Below, piece after piece: positions 40,922 to 51,285 of a DNA stretch of 64,000 nucleotides; the stretch's first letter is position 1; each line of letters begins with the position of its first letter. The stretch is from positions 1-64,000 of the forward strand of contig CBFGTS010000019.1 of the NCBI GenBank assembly GCA_965652295.1. The letters run 5' to 3'. The translations under genes were made by a program, and so were the position numbers. Under the pieces are notes generated by a model. The model searched no databases. It was given only the letters and a program-made list of their open reading frames with translations, and had not been told where the DNA came from. Source of the stretch: an uncultured Haloferula sp. (GTDB lineage Bacteria > Verrucomicrobiota > Verrucomicrobiia > Verrucomicrobiales > Akkermansiaceae).

Positions 40922-43057
40922 ATGGCCAGCCGGTTCCCATTCCGCCTCCCTCCCGTGCCCTTTCTTGCGCTTGCTCTCGCACTGGGGCTCGCGGTGGCGG
41001 TGGTGTCGACCTGGCTGGCATTGCAGCCGGGATGGCTGGGCCTTCGGCTTAGGTGGACGGAAGAAGGGGCGCGGGTCGAGCGGGCGGTCGGGCCGGCGGC
41101 GGAGGTGCCTGTCGGAACGGTGGTGACGGAGATCGAGGGAGGCGGAGAGCGGTTGGAATTCGAGGCGCTTGATTTCGTGACGGAGCCGGACGGGATGATG
41201 GGGGACTACGGAACTTACCGTGTCTTTCTCGGGAGGCTGGACCGGCTGGCGGAAATCCAATCGGCGGAGCGAGTGAGTCTCGGCACGGACGGGCGTCGTT
41301 TGGAAATCCGACCCGCCCGGCGGGGGCGTCCATGGACGGACCTGCCGCCGGATTTCTGGGTGCAGGTGACGGTGGGGCTGGTCGCTTGGCTGGTCTCGGC
41401 GGCGGTGTTCGTTTTCCGTCCTGCGGACACCAGCGCGCGGTACTTGCTGCTGAGCGGGGCCGCGACGTTGCTGTTCGCCCCGGCGGCGGCCATTTACACG
41501 ACGCGGGAGCTGGGGATGGACGGCCGGGTGGTGCAGTGGGCAAGCGACTTGAATTTCCTCGGAGGCAGCCTGTTCGCGGCGAGCTTCGTGGGGCTGTTGC
41601 TCTACTATCCGCGGGCGATCGCGCCGCGCTGGGTGGGACGGGCGGTGGTCGCGCTGTTCGTGCTGTGGTTCGGCTTGCAGCAGGTGGAGGTGTTCGAATC
41701 GATGACCTTCGCCCGGCGCTTTCTGGTGATGCTGGCGGTGGTGGCGACCTTCGCGCTGGCGGGGGTGCATTGGTTTCAAACGCGACGCGACCCGGTCGAG
41801 CGTGCGGCGCTGCAGTGGTTCCTGCTTTCGTGGCTGCTGGGCACCGGGTTGTTTGCGGTGCTGATCCTGCTGCCGCAGATGTTCGGGGTGGATACCTCGC
41901 CGGTGCAGGGGTACGCATTCCTGCTCTTCCTGCTGGTGTATGGCGGGCTGGCTTTCGGGATCCTGAGGTTCCGGTTGTTCGAGCTGGGGGCATGGTGGCG
42001 GAGGATCGTCGCCTGGGCGGCGACGGCCCTGGTGCTGGTGTTGCTGGATCTGCTGTTTGTGGGAGGGCTGAACCTGTCCTCCGAGGTTTCCCTGGCACTG
42101 GCGGTGGTGATTTCCGGAATGCTGTGGCTGCCGCTGAGGGGCTTGATCTGGGAACGCCTTGCAGGACGGAACGGCGGGACACGGAACGCACGCTTCAGTG
42201 AGCTGCTGGAGGTGGCATTGGCATCGCGGGACGAGGCGGCAGCAAAGTGGCAGGCAGTCTGGCAAGGCGTGTTCGATCCGTTGCGGATCGAGCGCTCCGA
42301 CGAACCGGCCGGGATTCACGGAAATGGTCTGGCGCTGGTGGTACCCCGGGTGAGGGCGCTGGACGGGCTGCGGCTGGAATATGCGCGTGCGGGACGGGAT
42401 TTGTTTTCACCCCGCGATGCGGAAACAGCCCGGGAGATGGTCGACATGCTGCGACATGCCATGGAAAGCGTATCGGCCTATCGAAAGGGTGTGGAAGAAG
42501 AACGCGGGAGGATTGCGCGGGACGTGCACGACAATGTTGGAGCGCAGCTCCTCTCCGCGCTGCACAGCCGCGAGGCGGCGGGAAAGGACGAGCAGATCCG
42601 ACGGACTCTGACCGGGCTGCGGGAGATGATCCGCGACGCCCAGCCGGAGGCGGCGGAGGTGGGCGAGGTGCTGGCAGACCTGCGGTTCGAAACCTGCGAG
42701 CGCCTTGCGGCGAGCGGTCACGAACTTGATTGGGAGGAGGAGGAAGGGATGAGAGGCGGCCTGACACCGGCGACGGTCCATGCCCTGCGCTCGGTCGTGC
42801 GGGAGGCGGTGAGCAACGTGATCCGCCATGCCGGGGCCGGGACGGTGAAGGTCCGGGTGCGGCAAAACCACGGAATGCTGGACCTGGTCCTGACCGACGA
42901 CGGCCGGGGTTTCACCGCCGGCACGGACGCCTTTGGAAACGGTCTTGCCAACATGCGGATGCGCGTCGAAGAGCTTGGAGGTCGTTTCGCTGTGGAAAGC
43001 GGACCAGCGGGGACACGGGTGCGGGTGAGCCTCACCATCAGCCCGGCAGAGAACTGA
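40922..43057 (+). CDS. Membrane sensor histidine kinase (PDZ-like periplasmic region, multi-TM, HisKA_3/NarX-type)
   Basis: ERGRIARDVHDNVGAQL H-box, EAVSNVIRHA, DDGRGF, GNGLANM. Confidence 0.92.
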   Translation: MASRFPFRLPPVPFLALALALGLAVAVVSTWLALQPGWLGLRLRWTEEGARVERAVGPAAEVPVGTVVTEIEGGGERLEFEALDFVTEPDGMMGDYGTYRVFLGRLDRLAEIQSAERVSLGTDGRRLEIRPARRGRPWTDLPPDFWVQVTVGLVAWLVSAAVFVFRPADTSARYLLLSGAATLLFAPAAAIYTTRELGMDGRVVQWASDLNFLGGSLFAASFVGLLLYYPRAIAPRWVGRAVVALFVLWFGLQQVEVFESMTFARRFLVMLAVVATFALAGVHWFQTRRDPVERAALQWFLLSWLLGTGLFAVLILLPQMFGVDTSPVQGYAFLLFLLVYGGLAFGILRFRLFELGAWWRRIVAWAATALVLVLLDLLFVGGLNLSSEVSLALAVVISGMLWLPLRGLIWERLAGRNGGTRNARFSELLEVALASRDEAAAKWQAVWQGVFDPLRIERSDEPAGIHGNGLALVVPRVRALDGLRLEYARAGRDLFSPRDAETAREMVDMLRHAMESVSAYRKGVEEERGRIARDVHDNVGAQLLSALHSREAAGKDEQIRRTLTGLREMIRDAQPEAAEVGEVLADLRFETCERLAASGHELDWEEEEGMRGGLTPATVHALRSVVREAVSNVIRHAGAGTVKVRVRQNHGMLDLVLTDDGRGFTAGTDAFGNGLANMRMRVEELGGRFAVESGPAGTRVRVSLTISPAEN

Positions 43058-43066
43058 CATGCTGAC

Positions 43067-43696
43067 ATGGAAAGCGCATTGATCGTCGAAGACCTCGAAG
43101 AAACCCGCGATTGGCTTGCGGAGGTCGTACGGATGAAGTTTCCGGGCTGTCGGATTGATCTGGCGGCGACGCTTGGGGAAGGGAGAAAAGCGATTCAAGC
43201 CGGGTGCTTCGACCTCGCATTGATCGACATCGGTCTGCCGGACGGCTCCGGGCTCGATCTACTGCGGGAGTTGCACCTGAAAGCCCCCGGGACGCGCTGC
43301 GTGGTGACCACGATCATGGGAGATGATGCCATGATCGTTTCCGCACTGGCCGCGGGCGCGGCGGGGTATTTGTTGAAGGAACAGACGGCCGAGCAGGTGG
43401 GTCGGCATCTGGCGCAACTGGCCGAGGGCGAACCGGTGCTCTCCCCTTCGGTGGCACGACGTTTGATGGATCATTTCCGGCTCACCGGTCCTACCCGAGA
43501 AGGTGCGGAGAAGCTGACCGCACGCGAAATGGAAACGCTGGCGCTGATTGCCCGGGGATACCGCAACCGTGAGGTTGCGGAACGTCTGGGGGTGGCCCCA
43601 TGCACGGTGGCCAGCCATGTGAAATCGATCTATGCCAAGCTGGGCATCACGTCGCGCGCGGAGGCTTCGTGGCACGCGACGCGGCTCGGCCTTTGA
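43067..43696 (+). CDS. NarL/LuxR-family response regulator
   Basis: LIVED, LIDIGLPDGSG, GYLLK, LTAREMETL...TVASHVKSIYAKL HTH. Confidence 0.93.
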   Translation: MESALIVEDLEETRDWLAEVVRMKFPGCRIDLAATLGEGRKAIQAGCFDLALIDIGLPDGSGLDLLRELHLKAPGTRCVVTTIMGDDAMIVSALAAGAAGYLLKEQTAEQVGRHLAQLAEGEPVLSPSVARRLMDHFRLTGPTREGAEKLTAREMETLALIARGYRNREVAERLGVAPCTVASHVKSIYAKLGITSRAEASWHATRLGL

Positions 43697-43794
43697 CGAT
43701 CTCTCCGCCGGCTCCGGTTTTGACCATTGGCAGCCCGGAAAGGACCGGGCATGCTGACAGCGGAAAGCGAGACGGGGCTTTTCGACCGAAATTC

Positions 43795-44427
43795 ATGAAT
43801 CAATCCGAGCGAAGCGCGTCCAAGGAGAACCCGGTGGCCGGTGACGAACCGGATGACACCGAGTGGGTGCTGCGCGCTCGGGAGGGCGACGCGGCGGCCT
43901 ACGATGTGCTGGTGACCCGGCACCGGGGACGCGTTTTCGCCATGATCCGCCAAATGGTCAAAAATGAAGCCGACGCCTGGGACCTCGCCCAAGAGGTCTT
44001 CATCAAGGCGTGGAAGGCGCTGCCCCGGTTCGAAGCCAAGGCGAAATTCTCGACCTGGCTTTACCGGATCACGCACAACACCGTATACGACTGGCTGCGC
44101 CGCAAGCGCCCCGAGGCGGGCGGTGAGCTGAATGACGAGATTTTCGGCGAGGAAAGGATCGATCCCGCCTCGCTGACCACTCCCTCCACCGACCGCCGCC
44201 CGGACGATGCGCTGGTCGCCGACGAGCTGCGGGGGAAAATCGAAGCCGCGCTGGCCAGGCTTTCCCCCGAACACCGCGAAGCCGTGGTGCTGAAAGATGT
44301 GAACGGCCTCGCGTATAAAGAGATCGCCGAAGTGATGGATTGCTCCATCGGCACGGTGATGAGCCGACTTTTCTACGCCCGCAAGAAACTCCAATCGATG
44401 CTGCAAGATGAATACGAAGCCCGATGA
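43795..44427 (+). CDS. ECF RNA polymerase sigma factor (RpoE/SigW-like)
   Basis: DLAQEVFIKAW, KFSTWLYRI, YKEIAEVMDCSIGTVMSRLFYAR. Confidence 0.93.
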   Translation: MNQSERSASKENPVAGDEPDDTEWVLRAREGDAAAYDVLVTRHRGRVFAMIRQMVKNEADAWDLAQEVFIKAWKALPRFEAKAKFSTWLYRITHNTVYDWLRRKRPEAGGELNDEIFGEERIDPASLTTPSTDRRPDDALVADELRGKIEAALARLSPEHREAVVLKDVNGLAYKEIAEVMDCSIGTVMSRLFYARKKLQSMLQDEYEAR

Positions 44428-44953
44428 TGAAATCCTGGCCCTGTGGGTCGAGGACGAGCTGGAGGCGTCCCGTGCCGCGGACGTCGATGCCTGGGCCCAG
44501 GGGCAACCGGAGTGGCTGGCGCATCGCGAGGTTGCCCGGGAAACCAAGGCCTTGTTCGGGCAAGCCGGACTGCCCGTTCAGGACGTACCTTACGGTGAGT
44601 TTTTCAATGCCCGCATCCAGCGCGAAATCGCCGAGCCCCAGGTGCCCGCCGCCGTGGTGTCCGCGCGAAGGAAGACAGGCTGGCTGGTGCCGGCGACGGC
44701 CGCCGCGGGCATCGCGCTGGGCTTCTGGGCTGGCCGCGGAGCAGGACCTGAAGCCGATGCAACTCCGCCTCCTGTCGCGGAGATGGCACCGGTGCTTTAT
44801 ACGCCTGAACAAGGGGTCGACGCGGAACTCGTCACCGTGGGGGACGCCACCGTGATCGTGCTCGATGGTGTGCACGCCATTCCCGACTCCTGGGAGCTGC
44901 CGGAAACGGCCGCGTACAAAGAATCCATTCTGCCGATCGCTCACAGCCGATGA
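44408..44953 (+). CDS. Putative anti-sigma factor
   Basis: Overlaps ECF gene; N-terminal LALWVEDEL helix, single TM, short periplasmic domain. Confidence 0.7.
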   Translation: MNTKPDDEILALWVEDELEASRAADVDAWAQGQPEWLAHREVARETKALFGQAGLPVQDVPYGEFFNARIQREIAEPQVPAAVVSARRKTGWLVPATAAAGIALGFWAGRGAGPEADATPPPVAEMAPVLYTPEQGVDAELVTVGDATVIVLDGVHAIPDSWELPETAAYKESILPIAHSR

Positions 44954-45441
44954 CCCGCCGCCTTTTGCTGGGGCTGCTATGGGCCCTTTCCGGACTGCCG
45001 CTCGCCGCCAAAGATGCCGGCCGCGAAGTGGTCGGGCGCGTCCGGGTCGAGGTGTATTTCGCGACTCAAGGGGATCCGGCCGCGGCAGGCGAACGCGCCG
45101 GTCCCGCATCAGAAGCGGTGGTGAGCCGTTTCAAATCCCAGAAGGCGCTGGATTTCGCCCACTACCGTCGTCTCGGCGGTGAGGTGAAACCGATCTACCG
45201 TAGCTACGAGAACTGGGCGCAGCCGATCGCTGGCAGCGACGAAATCCTCTGCCGTTTCGAAGTGGAGTCGCGTCTCCCAGAAGACGGGCTGCGTCTCGAT
45301 CTGGAGCTGTGGTTGAGCCGCAAGAAAATCCTGAAGTCCGGCGTGGTGCTGGCCACCGGCAGGCCCTTCTACGTTTTGGGGCCGGAATGGCGCGGCGGAC
45401 GATTGATCATCTCCGTCGAGCTTGTTCCCAAGGCCTCCTGA
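44950..45441 (+). CDS. Secreted hypothetical protein
   Basis: Signal peptide; ATGA overlap with anti-sigma stop. Confidence 0.65.
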   Translation: MTRRLLLGLLWALSGLPLAAKDAGREVVGRVRVEVYFATQGDPAAAGERAGPASEAVVSRFKSQKALDFAHYRRLGGEVKPIYRSYENWAQPIAGSDEILCRFEVESRLPEDGLRLDLELWLSRKKILKSGVVLATGRPFYVLGPEWRGGRLIISVELVPKAS

Positions 45442-45458
45442 TGCATAGTTCCGCCACG

Positions 45459-46154
45459 ATGAAAGCCCGGCTCTCCCTGTTCCTCACGCTGCTTCTGACC
45501 GCTGCCGCCCACGCCGCGAAGCTGACCTTCGAGGACCCCGTGAAGGAAGTCACCGCGGAGCTGAATGATCGCGAGATCACGATCGACTTTCCTTTTTCCA
45601 ACAAGTCGGACGAAGCCGTGACCATTCAGCGCTACGAGGCTGCCTGCACCTGTACCTCGGTGAAAGTGAAGGGCGGGAAGATGCGCTACGAACCGGGCGA
45701 GGAAGGGGTGATCCGCACCGTGTTCGACATCGGCAACTTCATCGGCGACACCAGCAAGGCCATTCAGCTCTGGGTCGAGGGCGACTCGGTGGCCCGACCC
45801 TCGGTCATCCTGCAGGCGAAGATCCACATCCCGGTGCTCGTCGAAGTGGAGCCGAAAACCCTGCGTTGGGAACCTGAGGACGCGCCCGAGGTGAAAACGA
45901 TCGTGGTCACCATGCATCAGGATGATCCGATCCAGGTGATCGGGGTGGGCTGCAGCAACGAAAGCTTCACCACGGAGCTGAAAACCCTTGAGGCAGGCAA
46001 GCGCTACGAGATCGACGTGAAACCGACCGCGACCGACACCCCGGCGCTGGGCATCATCACCATTCAGACGGACTGCGAGGTGGCGCGCCACGCCAACCAG
46101 CGGGCATTCGCCATGGTCCGGAAACTGCCCAAGGTTCCGGGTAAGGGGAATTGA
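45459..46154 (+). CDS. DUF1573-domain secreted protein
   Basis: FPFSNKSDEAVTI...AACTCT...YEPGEEG. Confidence 0.8.
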   Translation: MKARLSLFLTLLLTAAAHAAKLTFEDPVKEVTAELNDREITIDFPFSNKSDEAVTIQRYEAACTCTSVKVKGGKMRYEPGEEGVIRTVFDIGNFIGDTSKAIQLWVEGDSVARPSVILQAKIHIPVLVEVEPKTLRWEPEDAPEVKTIVVTMHQDDPIQVIGVGCSNESFTTELKTLEAGKRYEIDVKPTATDTPALGIITIQTDCEVARHANQRAFAMVRKLPKVPGKGN

Positions 46155-46630
46155 TGAGGATCGCCCACGAGATGACAGCGATCGTCGCCGCCGCTGCGAT
46201 CGCTTCCGGGATCCACTGGATGGCGGAGGGGCGGCCGAGCGGCATCCCCGCTGAAGAGCTTGCCCGTACGCCGTTGCGCGAGGGGGAAGTCGAGTGGTCC
46301 ACCCTTCGCGCCGAAGGGCTCGACGGAGTCCTCTTCATCGACGCCCGGCGGGCGGAAGAATGGCAGCGCGATGGGCTGAAGGACTCGATCAACATCACCC
46401 CGCTGAGCGACCTCGATCTCGTCGAGCAGCTCGCCCCTCACATCGATGCCTTGGCCTCCGCCCGCCGGATCGTCGTTTACTGTGGCGACCTTCACTGCGG
46501 GCTCAGTCACGAGCTTGCCGAGCGGCTGAAAGCGGAGTTTTCCGAACTCATGGCCGGTGAACCCTCGGTACTTCATGGCGGGATGACCGCGTTGAAGGAA
46601 GCCGGCGTGGTGCCTCAGCCCGGTTCCTGA
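46154..46630 (+). CDS. Membrane-anchored rhodanese-like protein
   Basis: FIDARRAEEW, IVVYCGDLHCGLS, LHGGMTAL. Confidence 0.8.
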   Translation: MRIAHEMTAIVAAAAIASGIHWMAEGRPSGIPAEELARTPLREGEVEWSTLRAEGLDGVLFIDARRAEEWQRDGLKDSINITPLSDLDLVEQLAPHIDALASARRIVVYCGDLHCGLSHELAERLKAEFSELMAGEPSVLHGGMTALKEAGVVPQPGS

Positions 46631-46726
46631 TGGAGGCGCATGCCTCGTTCAGGAAACACCAGAAAAGCGATCGGCCGCCTCCTTGCGGAAGCGGCCGATG
46701 GCGAAAAGGGAATGGGTGGGAAACGA

Positions 46727-47122
<396 letters not shown>

Positions 47123-47226
47123 TCACGGAAATTTTTGAAATTTCCTGACTCTAGGCCTACCCCTTCGCAATGGCGAGAGGAAATCCAGCCAGCTCTAACT
47201 TTTCCGCCGTATGGGCCCGCCGCCTC

Positions 47227-48672
47227 TCAGGCTTGGTCCGGAGGGTCGGAAAGGGTTTCGACCTTGAGCGTCATCCCATCCTCCAGAACCCGCACCGCAC
47301 TGCCTGCCGGGATGAGGCCATGGCGGGAAACGGCGTCGCGTTTCCGGCCGGCCACCATGACCGTGCCGGAGGGCCGCAGGTCGGTGAGCGCCTCCCCGGT
47401 CATCCCAGCCAGGCCGCTCTCTGCGGCGGCGTCGGGCGCGGCTCCGGCGGGCAGGCTCTTGAGAGCTACCAGGGACCGGAGCATGGGAATGTCCGGCAGG
47501 AAACGGCCGAGCAGCAGGACGAACGCCAGTGAACCCAGCAGGCCGAGCGAGAGGTAGAGCCCGGGTTTCACCAGCAATTCATCGAGCGCGTAGATCACGC
47601 CGTCGCCCTCGCTGGCGCGGTCGAAGTCGACGCGGTCGGCCATGGCGAACCAAAGGGAACCGAGCACCAGCAACCCGCCGACGATTCCGGCAATGCCGCC
47701 GGGCAGGACGAAGAACTCGAGGATGATCAGGACGATGCCGAGAACGAACACCGCCATGAGTTCGTAGCCGGCGAGGTTGCCGGCGACGTTGTTGCCGAAG
47801 AAGAAGAGCCCGAAGGCGAGGAGGGCGACAGCCCCGCCGATGCCGAAACCCGGGGCCTTCATCTCGAAGTAAGCCGCGCCGAGGCCGATGGCGATGAGCA
47901 GCGGCGACCAAGCCGCGAGGTGCCAGGCGATGCGCTCGAAGCCGGTCGGCTCGGGCGTGACGGTCGGGACCCCCTGCAGGCTCTCCTTTTCCAGCACCTC
48001 CTCCAAGCTGCCGGCGAGGCCATCGGCGAACAGAGGCTTGCCATCGAATTCCTGCACCGCTTCGGAAGCGGTGAGGTTGAGCAGAGCCCCCTTGGGAACG
48101 GTGACGTCGCCAAAGGTGCGCGTGTCGTCTTCATCGATGATCATCATCGCCCTCAGCACTTCGAAATTCCGGCCCTTCTGCTCGGCGATCGATCGCATGG
48201 TGGCCTCGAAGGCGCTTTCCAACTTGGCGCGCATGACCTTGTCGATCTCCCCCATCGAGTTGACGAGGGCGGCGGAGCCGACGGTCGTGCCGGGGGCCAT
48301 GTAGATGGCATCGGCGGCGAAGGCGATCAGCGCGCCGGCGGAGAGGGCCTCGCGCTCGACCCAGGCGATCAGGGGGATTTCGAGCTTGGCGAAATCGTCC
48401 ATGATCAGGTCCCGCGTGTCGAACGCCAGCCCGCCGGGCGTGTCGATCCGCAGCACCACGGCCCGTGCGCCTTCCTCTTCGGCGCGATCGAGCGTGCGTT
48501 GCCAGAAACGGAACGACTGCTTGTTGATCAGGTCGTCCTGGCCGATCGGGATGACGACGACCTTCCCTTCCAGCGAACTTTCGCTGGAACGTCCGAGCAG
48601 GTTTCGCTCCGGGGCCTCGTCCTGGGCGAAGGCGACGACGTACGAGAAAAGCAGTAGGAAAAGAGCGCGCAC
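47227..48672 (-). CDS. nfeD: Long NfeD-family protein (ClpP-like domain + TM + OB fold)
   Basis: IDTPGGL, ALSAGALIA, EMKAPGFG, ALTDLRPSGTV. Confidence 0.88.
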   Translation of the reverse strand: MRALFLLLFSYVVAFAQDEAPERNLLGRSSESSLEGKVVVIPIGQDDLINKQSFRFWQRTLDRAEEEGARAVVLRIDTPGGLAFDTRDLIMDDFAKLEIPLIAWVEREALSAGALIAFAADAIYMAPGTTVGSAALVNSMGEIDKVMRAKLESAFEATMRSIAEQKGRNFEVLRAMMIIDEDDTRTFGDVTVPKGALLNLTASEAVQEFDGKPLFADGLAGSLEEVLEKESLQGVPTVTPEPTGFERIAWHLAAWSPLLIAIGLGAAYFEMKAPGFGIGGAVALLAFGLFFFGNNVAGNLAGYELMAVFVLGIVLIILEFFVLPGGIAGIVGGLLVLGSLWFAMADRVDFDRASEGDGVIYALDELLVKPGLYLSLGLLGSLAFVLLLGRFLPDIPMLRSLVALKSLPAGAAPDAAAESGLAGMTGEALTDLRPSGTVMVAGRKRDAVSRHGLIPAGSAVRVLEDGMTLKVETLSDPPDQA

Positions 48673-48676
48673 GGGA

Positions 48677-49153
48677 TCAGTCGGGAAAGGTTTCGAACGG
48701 CTCGGGCTTCAGCGCGGCGGGCGCGCCGAGGATTTCGGTGAGGAGCATCGCATTGCGGGCGGCGCGGGGTGAGCGGAGAAGGCGATCGACTTCCGCGCGG
48801 TGCGAGGTGCGCCGGCGACGGCGGGTGCGGATCTCAAACGCGTGGGCAAGCTGGATTTCCTCGCGGCTCGGCTCCTTGACCGTCGGCAGCCGTGGCGGCG
48901 GCGCGGGAGCGGGCTGGTAGGCTTTGACCGGTTTCGGCGCGGCGGGCGGCTGCCAGGGCACGGGCGGTGGCAGCGTCTCGACCTGCCGCCGCCAGATCAC
49001 CTCGCGCTCCTCCTCGGTGAAGACCTGCTCCTCGTCGGTTTCCTTTTTCGAGAAGATCTTGTCCTTCAGGCCGCTGAGCAGCGAGAGAATCACGATGACC
49101 AGAAGGCCGATCGCGTCACCGGGGAGGTCGGAGATGTCGAAGGCGAGGCACAT
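48677..49153 (-). CDS. Single-TM Pro-rich protein (YqfB-like)
   Basis: N-terminal TM; C-terminal ARNAMLLTEILGAPAAL; coupled to floA stop. Confidence 0.65.
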   Translation of the reverse strand: MCLAFDISDLPGDAIGLLVIVILSLLSGLKDKIFSKKETDEEQVFTEEEREVIWRRQVETLPPPVPWQPPAAPKPVKAYQPAPAPPPRLPTVKEPSREEIQLAHAFEIRTRRRRRTSHRAEVDRLLRSPRAARNAMLLTEILGAPAALKPEPFETFPD

Positions 49154-50193
49154 CAGCCCTGGGCGTTGTGATCGGGGCCTTCATCGCCGGCGATCGATTC
49201 GCGCATGTCGGTATCTGCCACGATGTTCCGATAGCGGGTGTAGTCCATGACGCCGAGGTTGCCGGAGCGGAATGCCTCGGCGATCGCCTGTGGGACAAGG
49301 GCTTCGGCTTCGACGACCTTGGCACGCATCTCCTGGGTGCGGGCGGCCATCTCCTGTTCCACCGCCACGGCGGCGGCGCGGCGCATTTCGGCCTTGGCTT
49401 GGGCGACGCGCTTGTCGGCTTCCGCCTGTTCGGTCTGGAGGCGGGCACCGATGTTATCGGCCACGTCGACATCGGCGATGTCGATGGAAAGAATCTCGAA
49501 TGCGGTCGAGGCGTCGACCCCCTTCTCCAGCACGAGCTTGGAAATCGCATCCGGGTTCTCGAGCACGCGCTTGTAGCTTTCGGCCGAGCCGACGGAGGTG
49601 ACGATGCCCTCGCCGACGCGGGCGATGATGGTTTCCTCGGTGGCACCGCCGATGAAGGAGTCGAGGTTGGTGCGGACGGTGACGCGGGCGCGGACGTTGA
49701 CGGCGATGCCATCGCGGGCGACGGCGGTGATCTTGGAAACGCCGGCTTCGGGGTTGGGGCAGTCGATGACCTTCGGATTGATCGAGGTGCGGACGGCCTC
49801 CAGCACGGTTTTTGTGGTGCCTTTCACGGCGAGGTCGATGGCGCAAGCGCGGTCGAAGGACAGTGCGATGCCGGCCTTGTCGGCGGCGATCAGGGCGAGC
49901 ACGACGTTTTCCACGTCGCCGCCAGCGAGGTAGTGGGCTTCCAGCGTCTCCGCCGTGAAGGGCAGGCCGGCTTTCACCGCGGTGATCCGGGCATCGACGA
50001 TCCGGCTGAAGGGGACCTTCCGCAGGAACATCCCGATGAGCAGTCCCCACGAAACGGGCGCGTTCGACAGCTTGGCGCGTAACCAGGTCTTGAAAAACAT
50101 GGTGATCACCAGGGCGGCGATCGCCAGCAGGATGATCACGACGACGAGCAGGACGAGCGAACCGGTTTCGCCCACGGCGAGGAGGGGTTTCAT
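49153..50193 (-). CDS. floA: Flotillin-like protein FloA (YqfA family)
   Basis: [56 protein letters not shown]. Confidence 0.93.
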   Translation of the reverse strand: MKPLLAVGETGSLVLLVVVIILLAIAALVITMFFKTWLRAKLSNAPVSWGLLIGMFLRKVPFSRIVDARITAVKAGLPFTAETLEAHYLAGGDVENVVLALIAADKAGIALSFDRACAIDLAVKGTTKTVLEAVRTSINPKVIDCPNPEAGVSKITAVARDGIAVNVRARVTVRTNLDSFIGGATEETIIARVGEGIVTSVGSAESYKRVLENPDAISKLVLEKGVDASTAFEILSIDIADVDVADNIGARLQTEQAEADKRVAQAKAEMRRAAAVAVEQEMAARTQEMRAKVVEAEALVPQAIAEAFRSGNLGVMDYTRYRNIVADTDMRESIAGDEGPDHNAQG

Positions 50194-50279
50194 GCGGCCA
50201 CCCTAGTCGGGATGAAGCACGGTGCAATGCTGATGGGCTTGTAAACCCGACAGCGGGCTCCGTCGGTGGCGCACCTCCC

Positions 50280-50624
50280 TCACTTCCCGGCTTCCGCCCA
50301 CAGGAGCTGCGTGCCGGGTTCCCATTCAAGGCCCCAGTCGCGGATCGATTCGAGGATCGGCCGCAGCGACCAACCTTTCTCCGTCAGCCGGTAGATGAAG
50401 CGCTTGCCGCCGTCGGTCGCCGGCACCTTTTCCGCGAGTCCGGCCTCAATCAGCCGCGCCAGGCGGTCGCTGAGGATGTTCGTCGGGATGCCTTCCGGGG
50501 AACCCGCGAAATCCTTGAAGCGCGAGCTGCCCAGCATCAGGTCGCGGATGACCAACAGCGTCCAGCGGTCGCCGAAAAGATCCAGCGCGCAGGAAACCGG
50601 GCAGGGCGAACGTCGCTCAGGCAT
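50280..50624 (-). CDS. HxlR-family transcriptional regulator
   Basis: RSPCPVSCALDLFGDRWTLLVIRDL, GIPTNILSDRL, YRLTEKG. Confidence 0.92.
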   Translation of the reverse strand: MPERRSPCPVSCALDLFGDRWTLLVIRDLMLGSSRFKDFAGSPEGIPTNILSDRLARLIEAGLAEKVPATDGGKRFIYRLTEKGWSLRPILESIRDWGLEWEPGTQLLWAEAGK

Positions 50625-50669
50625 ACGGTGATGCTTTCACAGCATCGCTTGCGTTTCAAAAGCATTGTT

Positions 50670-50686
50670 ACTTGCAAAATGCAAGT
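50670..50686. promoter_or_regulatory. HxlR operator-like inverted repeat ACTTGCA-AAA-TGCAAGT
   Basis: Perfect 7-3-7 repeat in the divergent hxlR/dinB gap; weaker GCTT-N9-AAGC copy at 50647-50663. Confidence 0.7.
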
Positions 50687-50706
50687 TTTAAGGGTTTCTT
50701 CCGCCC

Positions 50707-51285
50707 ATGTCGAATGAGCCGCAACTCGCCGCGCCCGGTGCGGGACTTCCCTGGGTGGAGCTTTTCATCGGACGCTTCTTGTTTCGGCGCTCGCTGAAAC
50801 AGCGGAGCCGTGAGGACTTCGAGCTGCGTTTCGGGCGGGAGCGGGAGGCGATTCGAAAGCGACTTGGTGAGGTCCCGGCGGAACGGCGCGGCGAGCGGGT
50901 CTTGATTCCACGGGTCCGGGGGCTCGAGGACAGCAGCCGGTTCTGGTCGGCTTGGATGACGCTCGACCACCTCCGCATCTGCAACGACGCCTTCGCCGGA
51001 GTCATCACGGCGCTCGCCGCGGGGCGGGTGCCGCCCGGGAAAGCCAGCACGGCGGATGTGAAACCTTCGCCCACGGCGGGCGCGGAGTCGGAGGAAGCCT
51101 TTGAACGGAGCTGCGACGCACTGATCACCGCGGCCGCGGCGGTGCCGGATCTCGCCACGAAAGCGCGCTACGAGCACCCATGGTTCGGCCCGCTCGATGC
51201 CGCGGGCTGGCATGCTCTGGGTGCGCTCCACCTCGGGATCCACCGTGGACAGATCGAGCGCATCGGCGAAGCTCTGCGGCGATGA
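50707..51285 (+). CDS. DinB-superfamily protein
   Basis: WSAWMTLDHL, HPWFGPLDAAGW, HLGIHRGQI. Confidence 0.82.
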   Translation: MSNEPQLAAPGAGLPWVELFIGRFLFRRSLKQRSREDFELRFGREREAIRKRLGEVPAERRGERVLIPRVRGLEDSSRFWSAWMTLDHLRICNDAFAGVITALAAGRVPPGKASTADVKPSPTAGAESEEAFERSCDALITAAAAVPDLATKARYEHPWFGPLDAAGWHALGALHLGIHRGQIERIGEALRR

